From Lysobacterales bacterium (GTDB taxonomy: Bacteria; Pseudomonadota; Gammaproteobacteria; Xanthomonadales; Xanthomonadaceae), in NCBI GenBank assembly GCA_015655355.1, contig JAATFG010000082.1, positions 12,874 through 76,873 on the forward strand: a stretch of DNA of 64,000 nt, in the 5' to 3' direction. The translations under genes and the position numbers were made by a program. Numbering within the stretch: position 1 is the first letter of the stretch; each line of letters starts with the position of its first letter. Below, piece after piece: positions 1-16,862 of the stretch. The notes beneath the pieces are model-generated. The model saw only the letters and a program-made list of their open reading frames with translations, made no database searches and had not been told where the DNA came from.

Positions 1-287
1 TGCACGAACGTCCGGGCGAAGAGTGGACGATCCAGTCGATGGCGCAGGTCGCCGGCATGTCGCGCACCGCGTTCGCCGAATTGTTCGCGCAGGTGGTCGG
101 CGTGCCGCCGATCCATTACCTCGCGCAGTGGCGCGCGAACGAAGCGCGCCGGCTGCTGCGCAACCGGCGCTTTTCGGTCGCGCAGATCGCGGAGATGCTC
201 GGTTACCGCAGCGAAGCGGCGTTCCGTCGCTTCTTCAAGCGCGTCGAAGGCGTTGGCCCCGGACGCGTGCGCGGCGGCGACGACTGA
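1..287 (+). CDS. AraC-family transcriptional regulator, C-terminal HTH part (5' end outside window)
   Basis: Frame +3 reads HERPGEEWTIQSMAQVAGMSRTAFAELF...SVAQIAEMLGYRSEAAFRRFFKR, the AraC double-HTH signature. Confidence 0.9.
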   Translation, partial: HERPGEEWTIQSMAQVAGMSRTAFAELFAQVVGVPPIHYLAQWRANEARRLLRNRRFSVAQIAEMLGYRSEAAFRRFFKRVEGVGPGRVRGGDD

Positions 288-351
288 GCTGCACCGCGAC
301 CAAGGCGACGCGGCAATTCGCGCGCCGCATCGCCCTCCGGTGGATGCCGCC

Positions 352-6260
<5,909 letters not shown>

Positions 6261-6516
6261 TGCTTGGCAACCTGTGGCGGACGGCGATGCCGCGCTCGCA
6301 CCTGTGCCGCGCTGGAGAACATCACCGGGCCAACGACTACAGCACAGTCGTCAACTTGGTGCAATCACCGTTGCGCAAGCAACTTACAGGCCGCTTGCTG
6401 GTGCGTGATTGGTTTGTGCGGGGAGCGGGATCACAGGCATCGCGCGTGTCCGGCCCGGCGCAGCGCATCGGGCGTTCGCAAGACGCGCGCGGCAGTGCCG
6501 CGCAAGCACGTCGTGC

Positions 6517-6903
6517 TCACCCACAGCGCGCGTTCACGCCGACGCCCTTGGCGTCGACTTCGATGTTCAGCCGCGACGCATTGAAGTCCATCGTCACCGG
6601 CTGGCCGGGCTTGAGCACGCGCACGCTGGTCGCGCTGCTGTCCTTCCGCGCCTGTTCGGCCTCGCGGTCGGCGATCGGCTTGCCGACCACCCACTGCGCC
6701 TGGGTGGCATCGCAGCTGCCGGCGTTGATGGTGGCCACGCTGCCGGCCGGTGCCGGTTGCGCGTCGGCGGCGGCGCGCTGTGCGGACTGGGCGAGGGCCT
6801 GCTCCTGTTCGTCCGGTTGCGGCTGCGAACATCCGGTCAACAAACCGGTGGCCAGCAAGGTCAGGGCGGCAAGCATGGCGGAAAAAGCAAAACGCTGCGT
6901 CAT
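6517..6903 (-). CDS. Peptidase inhibitor I78 family lipoprotein
   Basis: Signal peptide with lipobox LTGC; C-terminal VRVLKPGQPVTMDFNASRLNI...ARCG typical of I78. Confidence 0.85.
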   Translation of the reverse strand: MTQRFAFSAMLAALTLLATGLLTGCSQPQPDEQEQALAQSAQRAAADAQPAPAGSVATINAGSCDATQAQWVVGKPIADREAEQARKDSSATSVRVLKPGQPVTMDFNASRLNIEVDAKGVGVNARCG

Positions 6904-7009
6904 GGGAGGCTCCGGATCGGGGTGGATGCCTTGGGCTGGAAACGGCGGTGCGTCCCGGACGCGCCGCCACCATTCAAGCATGTGTCGCGCCTGCGCTGCT
7001 CCGCAACGG

Positions 7010-7032
7010 AAAAGGCGGGATTGCTCCCGCCT
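7010..7032 (-). terminator. Rho-independent terminator after sodA
   Basis: Minus strand AGGCGGGA-GCAA-TCCCGCCT followed by a short T run, about 30 nt after the sodA stop. Confidence 0.7.
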
Positions 7033-7059
7033 CTTCGCCGTCGTGTCAAAAAACCGCGG

Positions 7060-7692
7060 TTACGCCTTCGCGGCGGCGTAGCGGCGCGCCACTTCGGCCC
7101 AGTTGACCACGTTGTAGAACGCGGCGATGTATTCCGGGCGGCGGTTCTGGTACTTCAGGTAGTAGGCGTGTTCCCATACGTCCAGCGCCAGGATCGGGGT
7201 GTTGCCCGAACCGACGCCCTGGGTCAGCGGGCTGTCCTGGTTGGCGGACGATTCGACCAGCAGCTTGCCGCTCTTGTCGGTGCTCAGCCACGCCCAGCCG
7301 CTGCCGAAGCGGGTCAACGCGGCCTTGGTGAAGGCTTCCTTGAATGCGTCGAGGCCGCCGAGGTCGCGATCGATGGCCGCGGCCAGTTCGCCTTCCGGCG
7401 CGCCGCCACCGCCTTGGCCGGCCGGGGCCATCACGGTCCAGAACAGGCTGTGGTTGGCGTGGCCGCCGGCGTTGTTGCGCACCGGGCCCTTCAGGTTGTC
7501 CGGCAGCGAATCCAGCGCGGCGATCAGCTCTTCGGCGCTCTTGCCGTCGAACGGCGTGTCCTTGACCGCGGCGATCAGGTTGTTGATGTAGGTCTGGTGA
7601 TGCTTGCTGTGGTGGATTTCCATCGTCTGCGCGTCGATGTGCGGTTCGAGCGCGGTGTAGGCATACGGCAAGGCAGGCAGGGTGTAGGACAT
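7060..7692 (-). CDS. sodA: Superoxide dismutase, probably Mn-type
   Basis: [34 protein letters not shown]; NNAGGHANH and NQD favour Mn over Fe. Confidence 0.93.
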   Translation of the reverse strand: MSYTLPALPYAYTALEPHIDAQTMEIHHSKHHQTYINNLIAAVKDTPFDGKSAEELIAALDSLPDNLKGPVRNNAGGHANHSLFWTVMAPAGQGGGGAPEGELAAAIDRDLGGLDAFKEAFTKAALTRFGSGWAWLSTDKSGKLLVESSANQDSPLTQGVGSGNTPILALDVWEHAYYLKYQNRRPEYIAAFYNVVNWAEVARRYAAAKA

Positions 7693-7804
7693 GATCGTGC
7701 TCCGGGTTGAAAACTGTGGCGGACAGTCTAACGCCATGCGCGTTGCCGTGAAGTGGCAAACGCGCAACGCAGCAAATTGCCTCGCCGCATGACCTGAGGC
7801 GGGG

Positions 7805-9991
7805 TCATTGTCCCGGATGGTGCGCCGGTCCGCTGTGGCCGACCAGTTGTTCCGGATAGAAATACACCTCGCGCAGGTCGCCGCTGGCGTAGCGCGCGAT
7901 GCCGTCGCGGAAGTGCGGCGAATCGATGTCCCCGCTTTCGCCGCCGGCCATCACCGCATGCGCGCTGACCTTGTCGCCGAACTCGACCACGGCGACGAAG
8001 CTGTTGCCGCTGGTGCCGTAATAACGCTTGGTGCCTTCCTGGCGGCGCGCGCCGAACGAGGCCAGCGAACCCCATTGGCTGGACACGAACGGCACCGGCG
8101 TCGATGGCGCATCGTCGGAGAACTTCGGCGCGATGTCGTCGCTGAGGCGCTGGAAGCGGTTGATTTGGCCCCACGGCGTTTTCCAGCTGCCGAAGTCGGA
8201 CGACAGGCGGTCCGACGCGGTCGCGAGCGCGTCGAGTTTCCGTGTCGGCGTGGTTTTCCCGCTGGCGTAGTCGAGCCAGTCGATGCCTGCGGCGCGCGCG
8301 GCGGCGGCCGATTGCGCATACAGCGTTTCGCCCCAGAACACGGCGAGCGAGGTTTCGGCCGAGTCCGCGCCCCAGCGATAATCCCAGTGCCGCAGCAGCT
8401 CGATTTGATCCTTCAATTTCGATTTCAGCGGATCGGATGCAGGCGCATCGTCATATGCTTCCACCAGCGTCGGCACCAGTTGCGCGAACGCGGGCAAGTA
8501 CGAATCGAACGCTGCCGCGCGCAGTGATTCCGCGGTGAAGTCGTTCTTTCCTTGCAGCAACATCACGGCATGGATGCCGCGCGGGTTTTCGCCGGCGCTG
8601 TCCATGTAGCGCGGGAAATCCTCGCGTTTCGGGCTCAGCGGGCCGGCCACCGAATACGGCCAGTTGTTGGTGTTCTGCAGCCAGCCGTTGCCCGGATTGA
8701 TCGCGTTCGGGCGTTCGTTCAAGTCGAGCAGACGTCCCCAGCCGGTCGCCGGATCCGAGCCATCGACCGGCTGGGTGTAGTCGAAGCGGTCGTCGCGCCT
8801 GGGAATGAATTGCGGATGCAGGTAGGCGATATCGCCCTTGTTGTCGGCGTACAGCGTGTTGTTCGACGAATTGGCCTTCCAGGTTTCCGCGACTTTCAGG
8901 AACCCGGGCAAATCGCGGGTCTTGGTGCGCAGGAAGGATTGGCTGAGCGCTTCGATCGGCTTGTTCATCAGCGCGATCGAGATCCACTTGCCGTCCTTGT
9001 CCACGCGCACGACCGGGCCGTGGTGGGTGAAGTAGGCGGTGAAGGTTTTCTGCGCCAGCTTGCCATCGGCATCGCGATACGGCACGACGATGGTTTTCGT
9101 CGTCAGCGGGCGCTGCGCGTTGCCGTACTTGTAGGACAGTTGGCCGTCCTTGCGCGTCACCGTTTCGGCGAACTCATCGACCACGTCCACGCCGCTGGAG
9201 GTGTGCATCCAGCCTTGGGTTCGGTTGAAGCCCTGGTAGATGAAGAACTGGCCCCACGTCGCCGCGCCGTAGGCATCCAGGCCTTCCTTGCTCTGCATCT
9301 GCAGCTCGGCGCGGAAGTAGAACGAGGTGTGCGGATTGATCAGCAGCAACGCGTGGCCATCCTTGGTGCGCGACGGGGCGATGACGATGCCGTTGGAGCC
9401 GGTCGGTTCGACGTAGCGTTCCTGCACCGCGGCGACCCGCTCCGGCACCTGCGGCGTCGGGTTGCCGTAAAACGCCTGCAATTCCCTGGTCGAAACGCGT
9501 TCGATGTCGCCGCCGATGCTGCCTTCGGTGAAGCTCAGCGCCATCCACGGCTCGAAGTGCGCAATCACGCGCGGATGCACGTCGGGGTGCGTGGCGAGGT
9601 AATAATTGAGGCCGTCGGCCCAGGCGTCCATCAGCTTGCGCAGCCATGCCGGGCTTTGCGCGTACTTCGCCCTGAGTTCGACCGGATCGACAAAAAGCTT
9701 CTGGCGCAAATCCTGATAGACGAGGCCTTCGCCGTCCGCTTCGGCGGAGCGGCCGAGCGCCAGCAGGTAGTTGTTCTCGACGCGATTGAAGTCGTCCTCG
9801 GCCTGCGCGTAGATCATGCCGAACACCGCGTCGGCATCGGTCCGGCCGCTGACGTGGGCGATGCCCCAATCGTCGCGGACGATGCTCACGCGTTGCGCTT
9901 CGGCCTTCAGTGCGGCGCTGTTGTCCTTCGCGAAGGCGGGAACGGTGGCGAGCAGCGCCGCCAGCACGATGAGGGCGTGGGCCTTGCGCAC
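7805..9991 (-). CDS. Secreted penicillin acylase family (Ntn-hydrolase) amidase
   Basis: GTG start after GGAGA; signal peptide; [11 protein letters not shown]; GSNGIVIAP beta-chain nucleophile Ser; LLINPH. Confidence 0.9.
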   Translation of the reverse strand: MRKAHALIVLAALLATVPAFAKDNSAALKAEAQRVSIVRDDWGIAHVSGRTDADAVFGMIYAQAEDDFNRVENNYLLALGRSAEADGEGLVYQDLRQKLFVDPVELRAKYAQSPAWLRKLMDAWADGLNYYLATHPDVHPRVIAHFEPWMALSFTEGSIGGDIERVSTRELQAFYGNPTPQVPERVAAVQERYVEPTGSNGIVIAPSRTKDGHALLLINPHTSFYFRAELQMQSKEGLDAYGAATWGQFFIYQGFNRTQGWMHTSSGVDVVDEFAETVTRKDGQLSYKYGNAQRPLTTKTIVVPYRDADGKLAQKTFTAYFTHHGPVVRVDKDGKWISIALMNKPIEALSQSFLRTKTRDLPGFLKVAETWKANSSNNTLYADNKGDIAYLHPQFIPRRDDRFDYTQPVDGSDPATGWGRLLDLNERPNAINPGNGWLQNTNNWPYSVAGPLSPKREDFPRYMDSAGENPRGIHAVMLLQGKNDFTAESLRAAAFDSYLPAFAQLVPTLVEAYDDAPASDPLKSKLKDQIELLRHWDYRWGADSAETSLAVFWGETLYAQSAAAARAAGIDWLDYASGKTTPTRKLDALATASDRLSSDFGSWKTPWGQINRFQRLSDDIAPKFSDDAPSTPVPFVSSQWGSLASFGARRQEGTKRYYGTSGNSFVAVVEFGDKVSAHAVMAGGESGDIDSPHFRDGIARYASGDLREVYFYPEQLVGHSGPAHHPGQ

Positions 9992-10019
9992 GTCCGATTC
10001 TCCCGGAGTCCTGCCGTGC

Positions 10020-10826
10020 TTACCGCTCATTCGCCACCACCGGGCTGCCCGGTGGCAGGATGTAGCAGGCCTTCGCGCTCTTGCACGCATCGGCCTGGAT
10101 TTCGGCGATCTGCCGGGTCAGGTATTGCTGCGGCGACAGGCCCATCTTCTGCCGGTACGCATCGTCGGCCGCGGCGGTGGCTTCCTGCTCGGCCTTGCGT
10201 TGTTCTTCGGCGATCGTGGCCTGTTGCAGCGTCTTCACCCGCTGCTGCTGCGCGGCGGTCTCGTTCATCTGCGCCAGCACGTTCGGGTTCGGCTTGGCGC
10301 GGCCGAGCGAGATGTTGATGATCTCCACGTCGATGCCTTGTTGCCGGACCTCGGAGCGGATCGCTTCGGTCACGGCATCGTCGATCTGCTTGGCCGTGTC
10401 CGGGTTGGACATCATGCTGGTCATGTCGTGGCGCTTCACCTGGTCGCGCACGATGGCCGCGTATTGCGTGCTGATGTTGTTCTGGAACCAGTTGGTGCCC
10501 TTGGCCGAAAGCAGGCGCGGCGCATTGGTGATGCGGTACTGGATGGCGGTCTCGAAGTCGAGCAGGATGTTGTCCGAGCTGGAATAGTCGTCGAACGCGA
10601 CCTGTATGGTCTGCGGCGTGGTCGGCACGTACAGCGCTTGGGTCGAAAACCACGTATAGCTGCGGCCGGTCGGACGCACGTCGTCCATGCGCACGCCGCC
10701 ATGCCCGAACACGATCGGCTTGTCGACCAGCACGGCCTCGTAGCCGACTTCCGGCGACACCACGGTGCAGGCGGGCAACAGCGCGGCGGCACACAACGCC
10801 AGCGCAAGCTTGAACATCGGTTTCAT
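10020..10826 (-). CDS. SPFH/Band-7 domain lipoprotein
   Basis: Lipobox LLPAC; SSDNILLDFETAIQYRI and GIDVEIINISLG SPFH-like core; C-terminal coiled coil. Start could be 10838, 10826 or 10817. Confidence 0.8.
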   Translation of the reverse strand: MKPMFKLALALCAAALLPACTVVSPEVGYEAVLVDKPIVFGHGGVRMDDVRPTGRSYTWFSTQALYVPTTPQTIQVAFDDYSSSDNILLDFETAIQYRITNAPRLLSAKGTNWFQNNISTQYAAIVRDQVKRHDMTSMMSNPDTAKQIDDAVTEAIRSEVRQQGIDVEIINISLGRAKPNPNVLAQMNETAAQQQRVKTLQQATIAEEQRKAEQEATAAADDAYRQKMGLSPQQYLTRQIAEIQADACKSAKACYILPPGSPVVANER

Positions 10827-10895
10827 CGGGTTCCCCATTCGCGAAAGCGTGGGGAAGTTATAGCCGATTTGACCGCGGCAAAGGCAGCGTTGGTT

Positions 10896-13800
10896 TCAGT
10901 TGCGCCACTTCGCCAGCAGTTCCGCCTCGCGTGCCTTCGCCGCCTTCAGGTGCTTGCCCTTGACGTGGCCGTAGCCGCGGATGTGTTCGGGCACGCTGGC
11001 GATGTCCACCGCGAGCTCGAGCTTGCCTGCATCGAGAGATTGCAGCAGTTCGTTCACGACGCTTTCGTATTCGCCGACCAGCGCGCGCTCGTGCTTGCGC
11101 TCGGTGGTGTAGCCGAACACGTCGAGCGCGCCGCCGCGCAGGAACTTGAGCTTGGCCAGCAGCTTGAACGCGCCCATCGTCCACGCGCCGTAGTCGCTCT
11201 TGATCATGCGGCCGTTCGCATCCTTCTTGGCGAACAGCGGTGGGGCGAGGTGGAACTTGAGTTTGTAGTCGCCCTCGAACCGCTGCGCGACCTGCTCGCG
11301 GAACTTGCCGTCGACGAACAGGCGCGCGACTTCGTATTCGTCCTTGTATGCCATCAGCTTGAACAGGTAGCGCGCCACGGCCTCGGTCAGCGCGGTCGAG
11401 CCGGGTGCCTTTTCCCGTTCGGCCTTGCGTACCTTCTCGACCCGTTGCGCGTAGCGCTGCGCGTAGGCGGCGTTCTGGTAGTCGGTGAGGAAGGCGGTGC
11501 GGCGGGCGATGGTCTCGTCGAGCGAGCGCGACAGCTTGGAGTCGTCCAGCGGCGCGAATTCTTCCGATGCGAGTTGCGGCAACGGTACCAGGTTCGCGAG
11601 TTGCGGCGATGCGATGCCGGCCGCATCGAGCACGGCTTGCGCATCCACCGCCATCAAGCGGCCCCACGCGAACGCGGTCTGGTTCATCTCCACCGCGGCG
11701 CCGTTGAGTTCGACCGCGCGCATCAGCGCGTCGAAGGAAATCGGCACCCAGCCGCGTTGCCACGCGTAGCCGAGCATGAAGAGGTTGGTGGCGATCGCGT
11801 CGCCGAGCAACGCGGTGGCGAGCTTGGTCGCGTCGAGCAGCACCGGGTCTTCGCCGCCGAGGGCGAGCTTGACGCTGGCGACGATGTCGCTGGCCGGGAA
11901 CTGCATGTCCGGGTGCCAGATGAAGGGGCCGGGCATCGCTTCGTAGCTGTTGAGCACGACATGGCTGCGCTCGCCGCGCACCTTCGACAGCGCCCAGTAG
12001 TCGTTGACCACGACCATGTCGCAGCCGAGCACCAGGTCCGCTTCGCCGGCGGCGATGCGCACCGCGTGCAGTTCGCCCGGTTCGCGCGCGATGCGGATGT
12101 GGGTGGTGACCGCGCCGCCTTTTTGCGCCAGCCCGGTCTGATCGAGCACCGTCGCGCCCTTGCCTTCGAGGTGGCCGGCCATGCCCAGCAGCGCGCCGAT
12201 GGTGACCACGCCGGTGCCGCCGACGCCGGTGATCAGGATGTTCCAGGGCTGCGACAAGTCCGTGGTGAACTGCGGTTCCGGCAGCGCGGAAAGTTTTTCC
12301 GCGGCCTTCGACTTCTTGCCTTTCTTGAGCTGGCCGCCTTCGACGGTGACAAAGCTCGGGCAGAAGCCTTCGACGCAGCTGAAATCCTTGTTGCAATTGC
12401 TCTGGTCGATGTCGCGCTTGCGCCCGAATTCGGTTTCCTTCGGCAATACCGAGACGCAGAAGCTCTTTTCGCCGCAATCGCCGCAGCCTTCGCAGACCAG
12501 CGAATTGATCACCACGCGCTTGGCCGGGTCGACCAGCTTGCCGCGCTTGCGCCGGCGCCGTTTCTCGGTTGCGCAGACCTGGTCGTAGATCAGGATCGAG
12601 GTGCCCTTCACTTCGCGCAGCATTTTCTGCACGTCGTCGAGCTGGCGGCGGTCGAAGAACTCCACGCCGCCCGGGAAGATCGAGGGGTCGCTCCACTTGC
12701 CGATCTCGTCGCTGACCACGACGATCTTCTGCACGCCTTCGGCGCGCATCTGCTGCGCGATGTCCGGCACCGACAACGGGCCATCCACCGGCTGCCCGCC
12801 GGTCATCGCCACCGCGTCGTTGTAGAGGATCTTGTAGGTGATGTTGACGCCGGCGGCGATGGATTGGCGGATCGCCAGATAACCGCTGTGGTAATACGTG
12901 CCGTCGCCGAGGTTCTGGAACACGTGTTGGGTGTCGGTGAACCACGCCTGCCCCGCCCACGGCACGCCTTCGGCGCCCATGTGGGTGAAGGTGTCGGTGT
13001 TGCGGTCCATCCACGTGACCATGTAATGGCAGCCGATGCCGCCCATCGCGCGCGAACCGTCGGGCACTTTCGTCGAGGTGTTGTGCGGGCAGCCCGAGCA
13101 GTAATGCGGCACGCGCGGGAAATCGGCGCGCGGCAAGGCCATTTCGGCCTCTTTTTCCTCCATCCAGCGCAGGCGCTGTTCGATGGATTCGGTATTGAAG
13201 AAGCGCTGGATGCGCTTGCCGATCACGCCGGCAATCGTCGCGGGCGTGAGTTCGCCGGTGCTCGGCAGGATCCACTGGCCCTGTTCGTCGTACTTGCCGA
13301 CGATGCTCGGGCGCGCGCCCCAGTTTTGCGGCCAGTTGTAGAACTGCTCCTTCATCTGCTGCTCGATGAAGGCCTTTTTCTCTTCGACGACGACGATGTC
13401 TTCCAGCCCGCGCGCGAATTGGGCGATGCCCTGCGGTTCCAGCGGCCAGGTCATGCCGACCTTGTACACGCGGATGCCGATGTCGCGGCACGCCTGTTCG
13501 TCGAGGCCGAGGTATTCCAGCGCCTGCAACACGTCCAGATAGCTCTTGCCGGTGGTGACGATGCCGAGTCGTGCGCGCGGCGAATCCATCACCAGGGTGT
13601 CGAGCTTGTTCGCGCGGGCGAAGGCCTGCGCGGCGCGCATCGCGTAGCGGTGCAGGCGCATTTCCTGGTTCAGCGGCGGGTCCGGCCAGCGGATGTTGAG
13701 CCCGCCTTCGGGCAGCTCGAAATCCTCGGGAATGATGATTTGCCGTGAAATCGGGCTGATCACGTCAACGGACGCGGAGGATTCCACGGTTTCGGCGATG

Positions 13801-14459
13801 GTCTTGAAGCCGATCCAGCGCCCGGTGTAGCGCGACATCGCCCAGCCGACCAGGCCCAGATCCAGGATGTCCTGCACGCCGGCCGGGTTGAGCACCGGCA
13901 TCATCGCGCTGACGAATTCTTCTTCGCTGCCATGCGGCAGCGTGGAGCTGCGGCAGGCATGGTCGTCGGCGGCCATCGCCAGCACCCCGCCGAACGGCGC
14001 GGTGCCCGCCGCGTTCGCGTGCTTGAACGCATCGCCGCTGCGGTCCACGCCCGGGCCCTTGCCGTACCACACGCCGAATACGCCATCGACCTTGGCGCCG
14101 GGGAACAGGTTGGTCTGCTGCGTGCCCCAGACCATCGTCGCGGCGAGGTCTTCGTTGAGGCCGGGCTGGAAGCGCACCTTGGCGTTTTCCAGATGTTTCT
14201 TCGCGCGCCACAGTTCCAGGTCGAAGCCGCCCAGCGGCGAGCCGCGATAGCCGCTGACGAAGCCGGCGGTGTTCAGGCCCGCGGCTTCGTCGCGCAGTTT
14301 CTGCATCAACGGCAGGCGCACCAGCGCCTGCACGCCGGAAAGATAGATGCGGCCATCGACGCGGGTGTACTTGTGTTCGAGCGTGTAGTCCCTGTCGCGC
14401 ACGCCGGATGGCAACGCGGTGGTGGACGAGGGCGACTGGAGTTCGGTGGTGCTGGTCAT
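10896..14459 (-). CDS. Single-chain indolepyruvate:ferredoxin oxidoreductase family protein
   Basis: SGYRGSPLGG, YCSGCPHN, GIGCHYM, TPP motif GDGTYYHSG, CEGCGDC ferredoxin motif, GVGGTGVVT beta domain. Confidence 0.93.
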   Translation of the reverse strand: MTSTTELQSPSSTTALPSGVRDRDYTLEHKYTRVDGRIYLSGVQALVRLPLMQKLRDEAAGLNTAGFVSGYRGSPLGGFDLELWRAKKHLENAKVRFQPGLNEDLAATMVWGTQQTNLFPGAKVDGVFGVWYGKGPGVDRSGDAFKHANAAGTAPFGGVLAMAADDHACRSSTLPHGSEEEFVSAMMPVLNPAGVQDILDLGLVGWAMSRYTGRWIGFKTIAETVESSASVDVISPISRQIIIPEDFELPEGGLNIRWPDPPLNQEMRLHRYAMRAAQAFARANKLDTLVMDSPRARLGIVTTGKSYLDVLQALEYLGLDEQACRDIGIRVYKVGMTWPLEPQGIAQFARGLEDIVVVEEKKAFIEQQMKEQFYNWPQNWGARPSIVGKYDEQGQWILPSTGELTPATIAGVIGKRIQRFFNTESIEQRLRWMEEKEAEMALPRADFPRVPHYCSGCPHNTSTKVPDGSRAMGGIGCHYMVTWMDRNTDTFTHMGAEGVPWAGQAWFTDTQHVFQNLGDGTYYHSGYLAIRQSIAAGVNITYKILYNDAVAMTGGQPVDGPLSVPDIAQQMRAEGVQKIVVVSDEIGKWSDPSIFPGGVEFFDRRQLDDVQKMLREVKGTSILIYDQVCATEKRRRRKRGKLVDPAKRVVINSLVCEGCGDCGEKSFCVSVLPKETEFGRKRDIDQSNCNKDFSCVEGFCPSFVTVEGGQLKKGKKSKAAEKLSALPEPQFTTDLSQPWNILITGVGGTGVVTIGALLGMAGHLEGKGATVLDQTGLAQKGGAVTTHIRIAREPGELHAVRIAAGEADLVLGCDMVVVNDYWALSKVRGERSHVVLNSYEAMPGPFIWHPDMQFPASDIVASVKLALGGEDPVLLDATKLATALLGDAIATNLFMLGYAWQRGWVPISFDALMRAVELNGAAVEMNQTAFAWGRLMAVDAQAVLDAAGIASPQLANLVPLPQLASEEFAPLDDSKLSRSLDETIARRTAFLTDYQNAAYAQRYAQRVEKVRKAEREKAPGSTALTEAVARYLFKLMAYKDEYEVARLFVDGKFREQVAQRFEGDYKLKFHLAPPLFAKKDANGRMIKSDYGAWTMGAFKLLAKLKFLRGGALDVFGYTTERKHERALVGEYESVVNELLQSLDAGKLELAVDIASVPEHIRGYGHVKGKHLKAAKAREAELLAKWRN

Positions 14460-14653
14460 GGAAGTCCCGGATGCAGCTTCGTTTCGATTGTAACAGCGTG
14501 GATTCCTTGCCCAAGTGCAACTTTAGACGTTCAGCCGGGGCGTGCGCGAGGGGATCGATGCGTGGCAATGCCGCGATGCGACCCCGGTCATGCGCCGAAA
14601 CCGCGATCTGCGCCGATAATGCGAGATCCCCGTGCCGCTTGCTTGCATTGCCG

Positions 14654-15568
14654 ATGGCCTTCGATGCGTTCGCCCTGATCCTCGCGCTGCTGTTCCTCGG
14701 CATCGTGTTCGCACGGCTGAAGATGTTCCCGGCCAATGCGTCCGAAACGCTCAACGGCGTGGTGTTGTACCTGTGCCTGCCGGCGGCGATCCTGCTGTAC
14801 GTGCCGCGCCTGCACGTCGACGCGTCGCTGGCGGGGTTGATCGCCACGCCGTGGCTGCTGATCGTGGCGACGGTGCTGCTGGTGACGCTGTGCGGCAAGC
14901 TGTTCGGTTTCAGAAAAGGCGAACACGCCGCGCTGCTGATGTGCGTGGGCCTCGGCAACACCAGCTTCATCGGCTACCCGATGATCCGCGCGCTGCTCGG
15001 CGACGAAGCGCTGCCGGACGCGGTGGTGTACGACCAGCTCGGCACCTTCCTGTTGCTGTCCACCTACGGCCTGTACGTCTGCGCGCGCTACGCCGGCGAC
15101 GCGCCGCCGAGCTTCAAGGCCATCGCGCTGCGCGTTGCAAAATTCCCCCCGTGCATCGCGTTGTTGCTGGCGTTGACGGTGATGCCGGCCGACCCGCCGC
15201 ACTGGATCGCGGCGGGCCTGCAGCGCCTGAGCGATGCGATGCTGCCGCTGGTGATGGTCGCGGTCGGCCTGAGCATCAAGTTCGCAATGCCGCGCGACGA
15301 ATTGAAGCCGCTGCTCGCCGGCATTGCATTGAAGTTGGTGGTGATGCCGTTGCTCGCGCTCGGCCTGGCGCTGCTGTTCCACTTGTCCGCGCGGCAGATT
15401 CAGGTGAGCGTGTTGCAGGCATCGATGCCGTGCATGATTTCCGCCGCCGCGCTGGCGATGGCGCACAACCTGGCACCGCGCCTGTGCGCCGCGCTGGTCG
15501 GCTACAGTCTGGTGGCTTCGCTGGTCACGTTGCCGGCGTGGATGTGGCTGTTGCAGCATTTCATTTGA
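14654..15568 (+). CDS. AEC (auxin efflux carrier) family transporter
   Basis: About 10 TM segments; YLCLPA, GNTSFIGYP and ASMPC motifs. Confidence 0.88.
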   Translation: MAFDAFALILALLFLGIVFARLKMFPANASETLNGVVLYLCLPAAILLYVPRLHVDASLAGLIATPWLLIVATVLLVTLCGKLFGFRKGEHAALLMCVGLGNTSFIGYPMIRALLGDEALPDAVVYDQLGTFLLLSTYGLYVCARYAGDAPPSFKAIALRVAKFPPCIALLLALTVMPADPPHWIAAGLQRLSDAMLPLVMVAVGLSIKFAMPRDELKPLLAGIALKLVVMPLLALGLALLFHLSARQIQVSVLQASMPCMISAAALAMAHNLAPRLCAALVGYSLVASLVTLPAWMWLLQHFI

Positions 15569-15583
15569 CGAGGAGAGAGTTCG

Positions 15584-16816
15584 ATGCCGAAGCGCCTGCT
15601 GCCGCTGTCCGTGTTTCTCGCCGCGCTGGGTTGCGCGCCCGCGTTCGCGCAGGAGGCGGCGCCGGCGTATTCGCAGCCGATCGCGCAGGTGCGCGTGGCA
15701 TTCGACAAGGACGGCATCACCGCCACCCGCAGCGAAGGCTTTGCCGATTTGGCGACCAAGCGCGCGGTGACGGCGGACGATCCGGTGCGCATCGCCTCGA
15801 TTTCCAAGTTCGTCACCAGCATTGCGGCGATGAAGCTGGTCGAGGAGAAGAAAATAGACCTCGACGCCGACGTGTCCAAGTACCTCGGCTTCAAGCTGCG
15901 CAACCCGAATTTCCCGCGTGACAGGATCACGCTGCGGATGATGCTCTCGCACACCAGCAGCCTCACCGACGGCGCCGGCTACTGGCAGGTGCCGGCCGAC
16001 GGCAGCTACAGGGACATGATCCTGTCCGACCCGAAGGCGTGGGACGCGCAGCACAGGCCTGGCAGCTACTGGCGCTACACCAACCTCAATTTCCCGCTGA
16101 TCGGCCAGGCGCTGGAAGCGGCCAGCGGCGAGCGCTTCGACCTGTTGCTGCAACGCGTGGTGCTCAAGCCGCTCGGCATCGATGCGTGCTATGGCTGGAT
16201 CACCTGCGACGAGGCCACCGCCGCGCGTGCCGTGGTGCTGTACGAAAACGGCAAGCCCGAAGTCGACGACAACCGCGGCAAGAAACCGGCGTGCGGGGTG
16301 ACGCGGGCGAAGGATGGCTCCTGCGACCTGTCGAACTACAAACCCGGCACGCAAGGCGGCATCTTCGGCCCGCAGGGCGGGCTGCGCATTTCCGCGAACG
16401 GGCTGGCGAAGATCGGCCGCATGCTGCTGAATGACGGCACGGTCGATGGCGTGCAAATCCTGAAACCCGAAAGCGTGCGCACGATGACCGTGCCGCAGTG
16501 GACCCTGCGCGACGGCAACGGCTTCACCACCGAGGAAGACGACCCGGTGCGCAACGCCAAGGGCGAGTTCTGCCGCTACGGTTTGGCCACGCAGACGCTG
16601 GCCACGCCCGGCCCGAACTGCGGCGACGATCCGTTCGGCGACGGCATCGCCCGCGTCGGCCATTCCGGCAACGCCTACGGCATGCTCGCCGGCCTGTGGC
16701 TCGATCGCGAACACGGCACCGGCGTGGCCTATTTCTCCACCGGCAACGACCATCCGGCGCCGGGTGAACATTCGGCGTTCAGCGCGATCGAGGAACGGCA
16801 GGCGCAGGGCAGGTGA
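15584..16816 (+). CDS. Secreted serine hydrolase, beta-lactamase/AmpC-like family
   Basis: Signal peptide; SxxK (ASISK), LSHTS, YxN (YTN), GHSG. Confidence 0.88.
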   Translation: MPKRLLPLSVFLAALGCAPAFAQEAAPAYSQPIAQVRVAFDKDGITATRSEGFADLATKRAVTADDPVRIASISKFVTSIAAMKLVEEKKIDLDADVSKYLGFKLRNPNFPRDRITLRMMLSHTSSLTDGAGYWQVPADGSYRDMILSDPKAWDAQHRPGSYWRYTNLNFPLIGQALEAASGERFDLLLQRVVLKPLGIDACYGWITCDEATAARAVVLYENGKPEVDDNRGKKPACGVTRAKDGSCDLSNYKPGTQGGIFGPQGGLRISANGLAKIGRMLLNDGTVDGVQILKPESVRTMTVPQWTLRDGNGFTTEEDDPVRNAKGEFCRYGLATQTLATPGPNCGDDPFGDGIARVGHSGNAYGMLAGLWLDREHGTGVAYFSTGNDHPAPGEHSAFSAIEERQAQGR

Positions 16817-16827
16817 TGACTGCAAGC

Positions 16828-16856
16828 TTGCCATTTTTTGCCACGCGGACTAGGGT
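16828..16856 (+). promoter_or_regulatory. Candidate sigma70 promoter/operator of the TA module, possibly leaderless
   Basis: TTGCCA (16828-33), 17 nt spacer, TAGGGT (16851-56), ATG at 16863; TTGCCA is repeated inside the spacer. Confidence 0.45.
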
Positions 16857-16862
16857 GCGCGC

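Noticed and set aside
9816-13748. 1310-aa + strand ORF
   Set aside because: Antisense shadow of the IOR and SPFH genes
15584-16816. Possible beta-lactam resistance gene
   Set aside because: Motifs show only the broad serine hydrolase family; GHSG rather than KTG; resistance cannot be claimed
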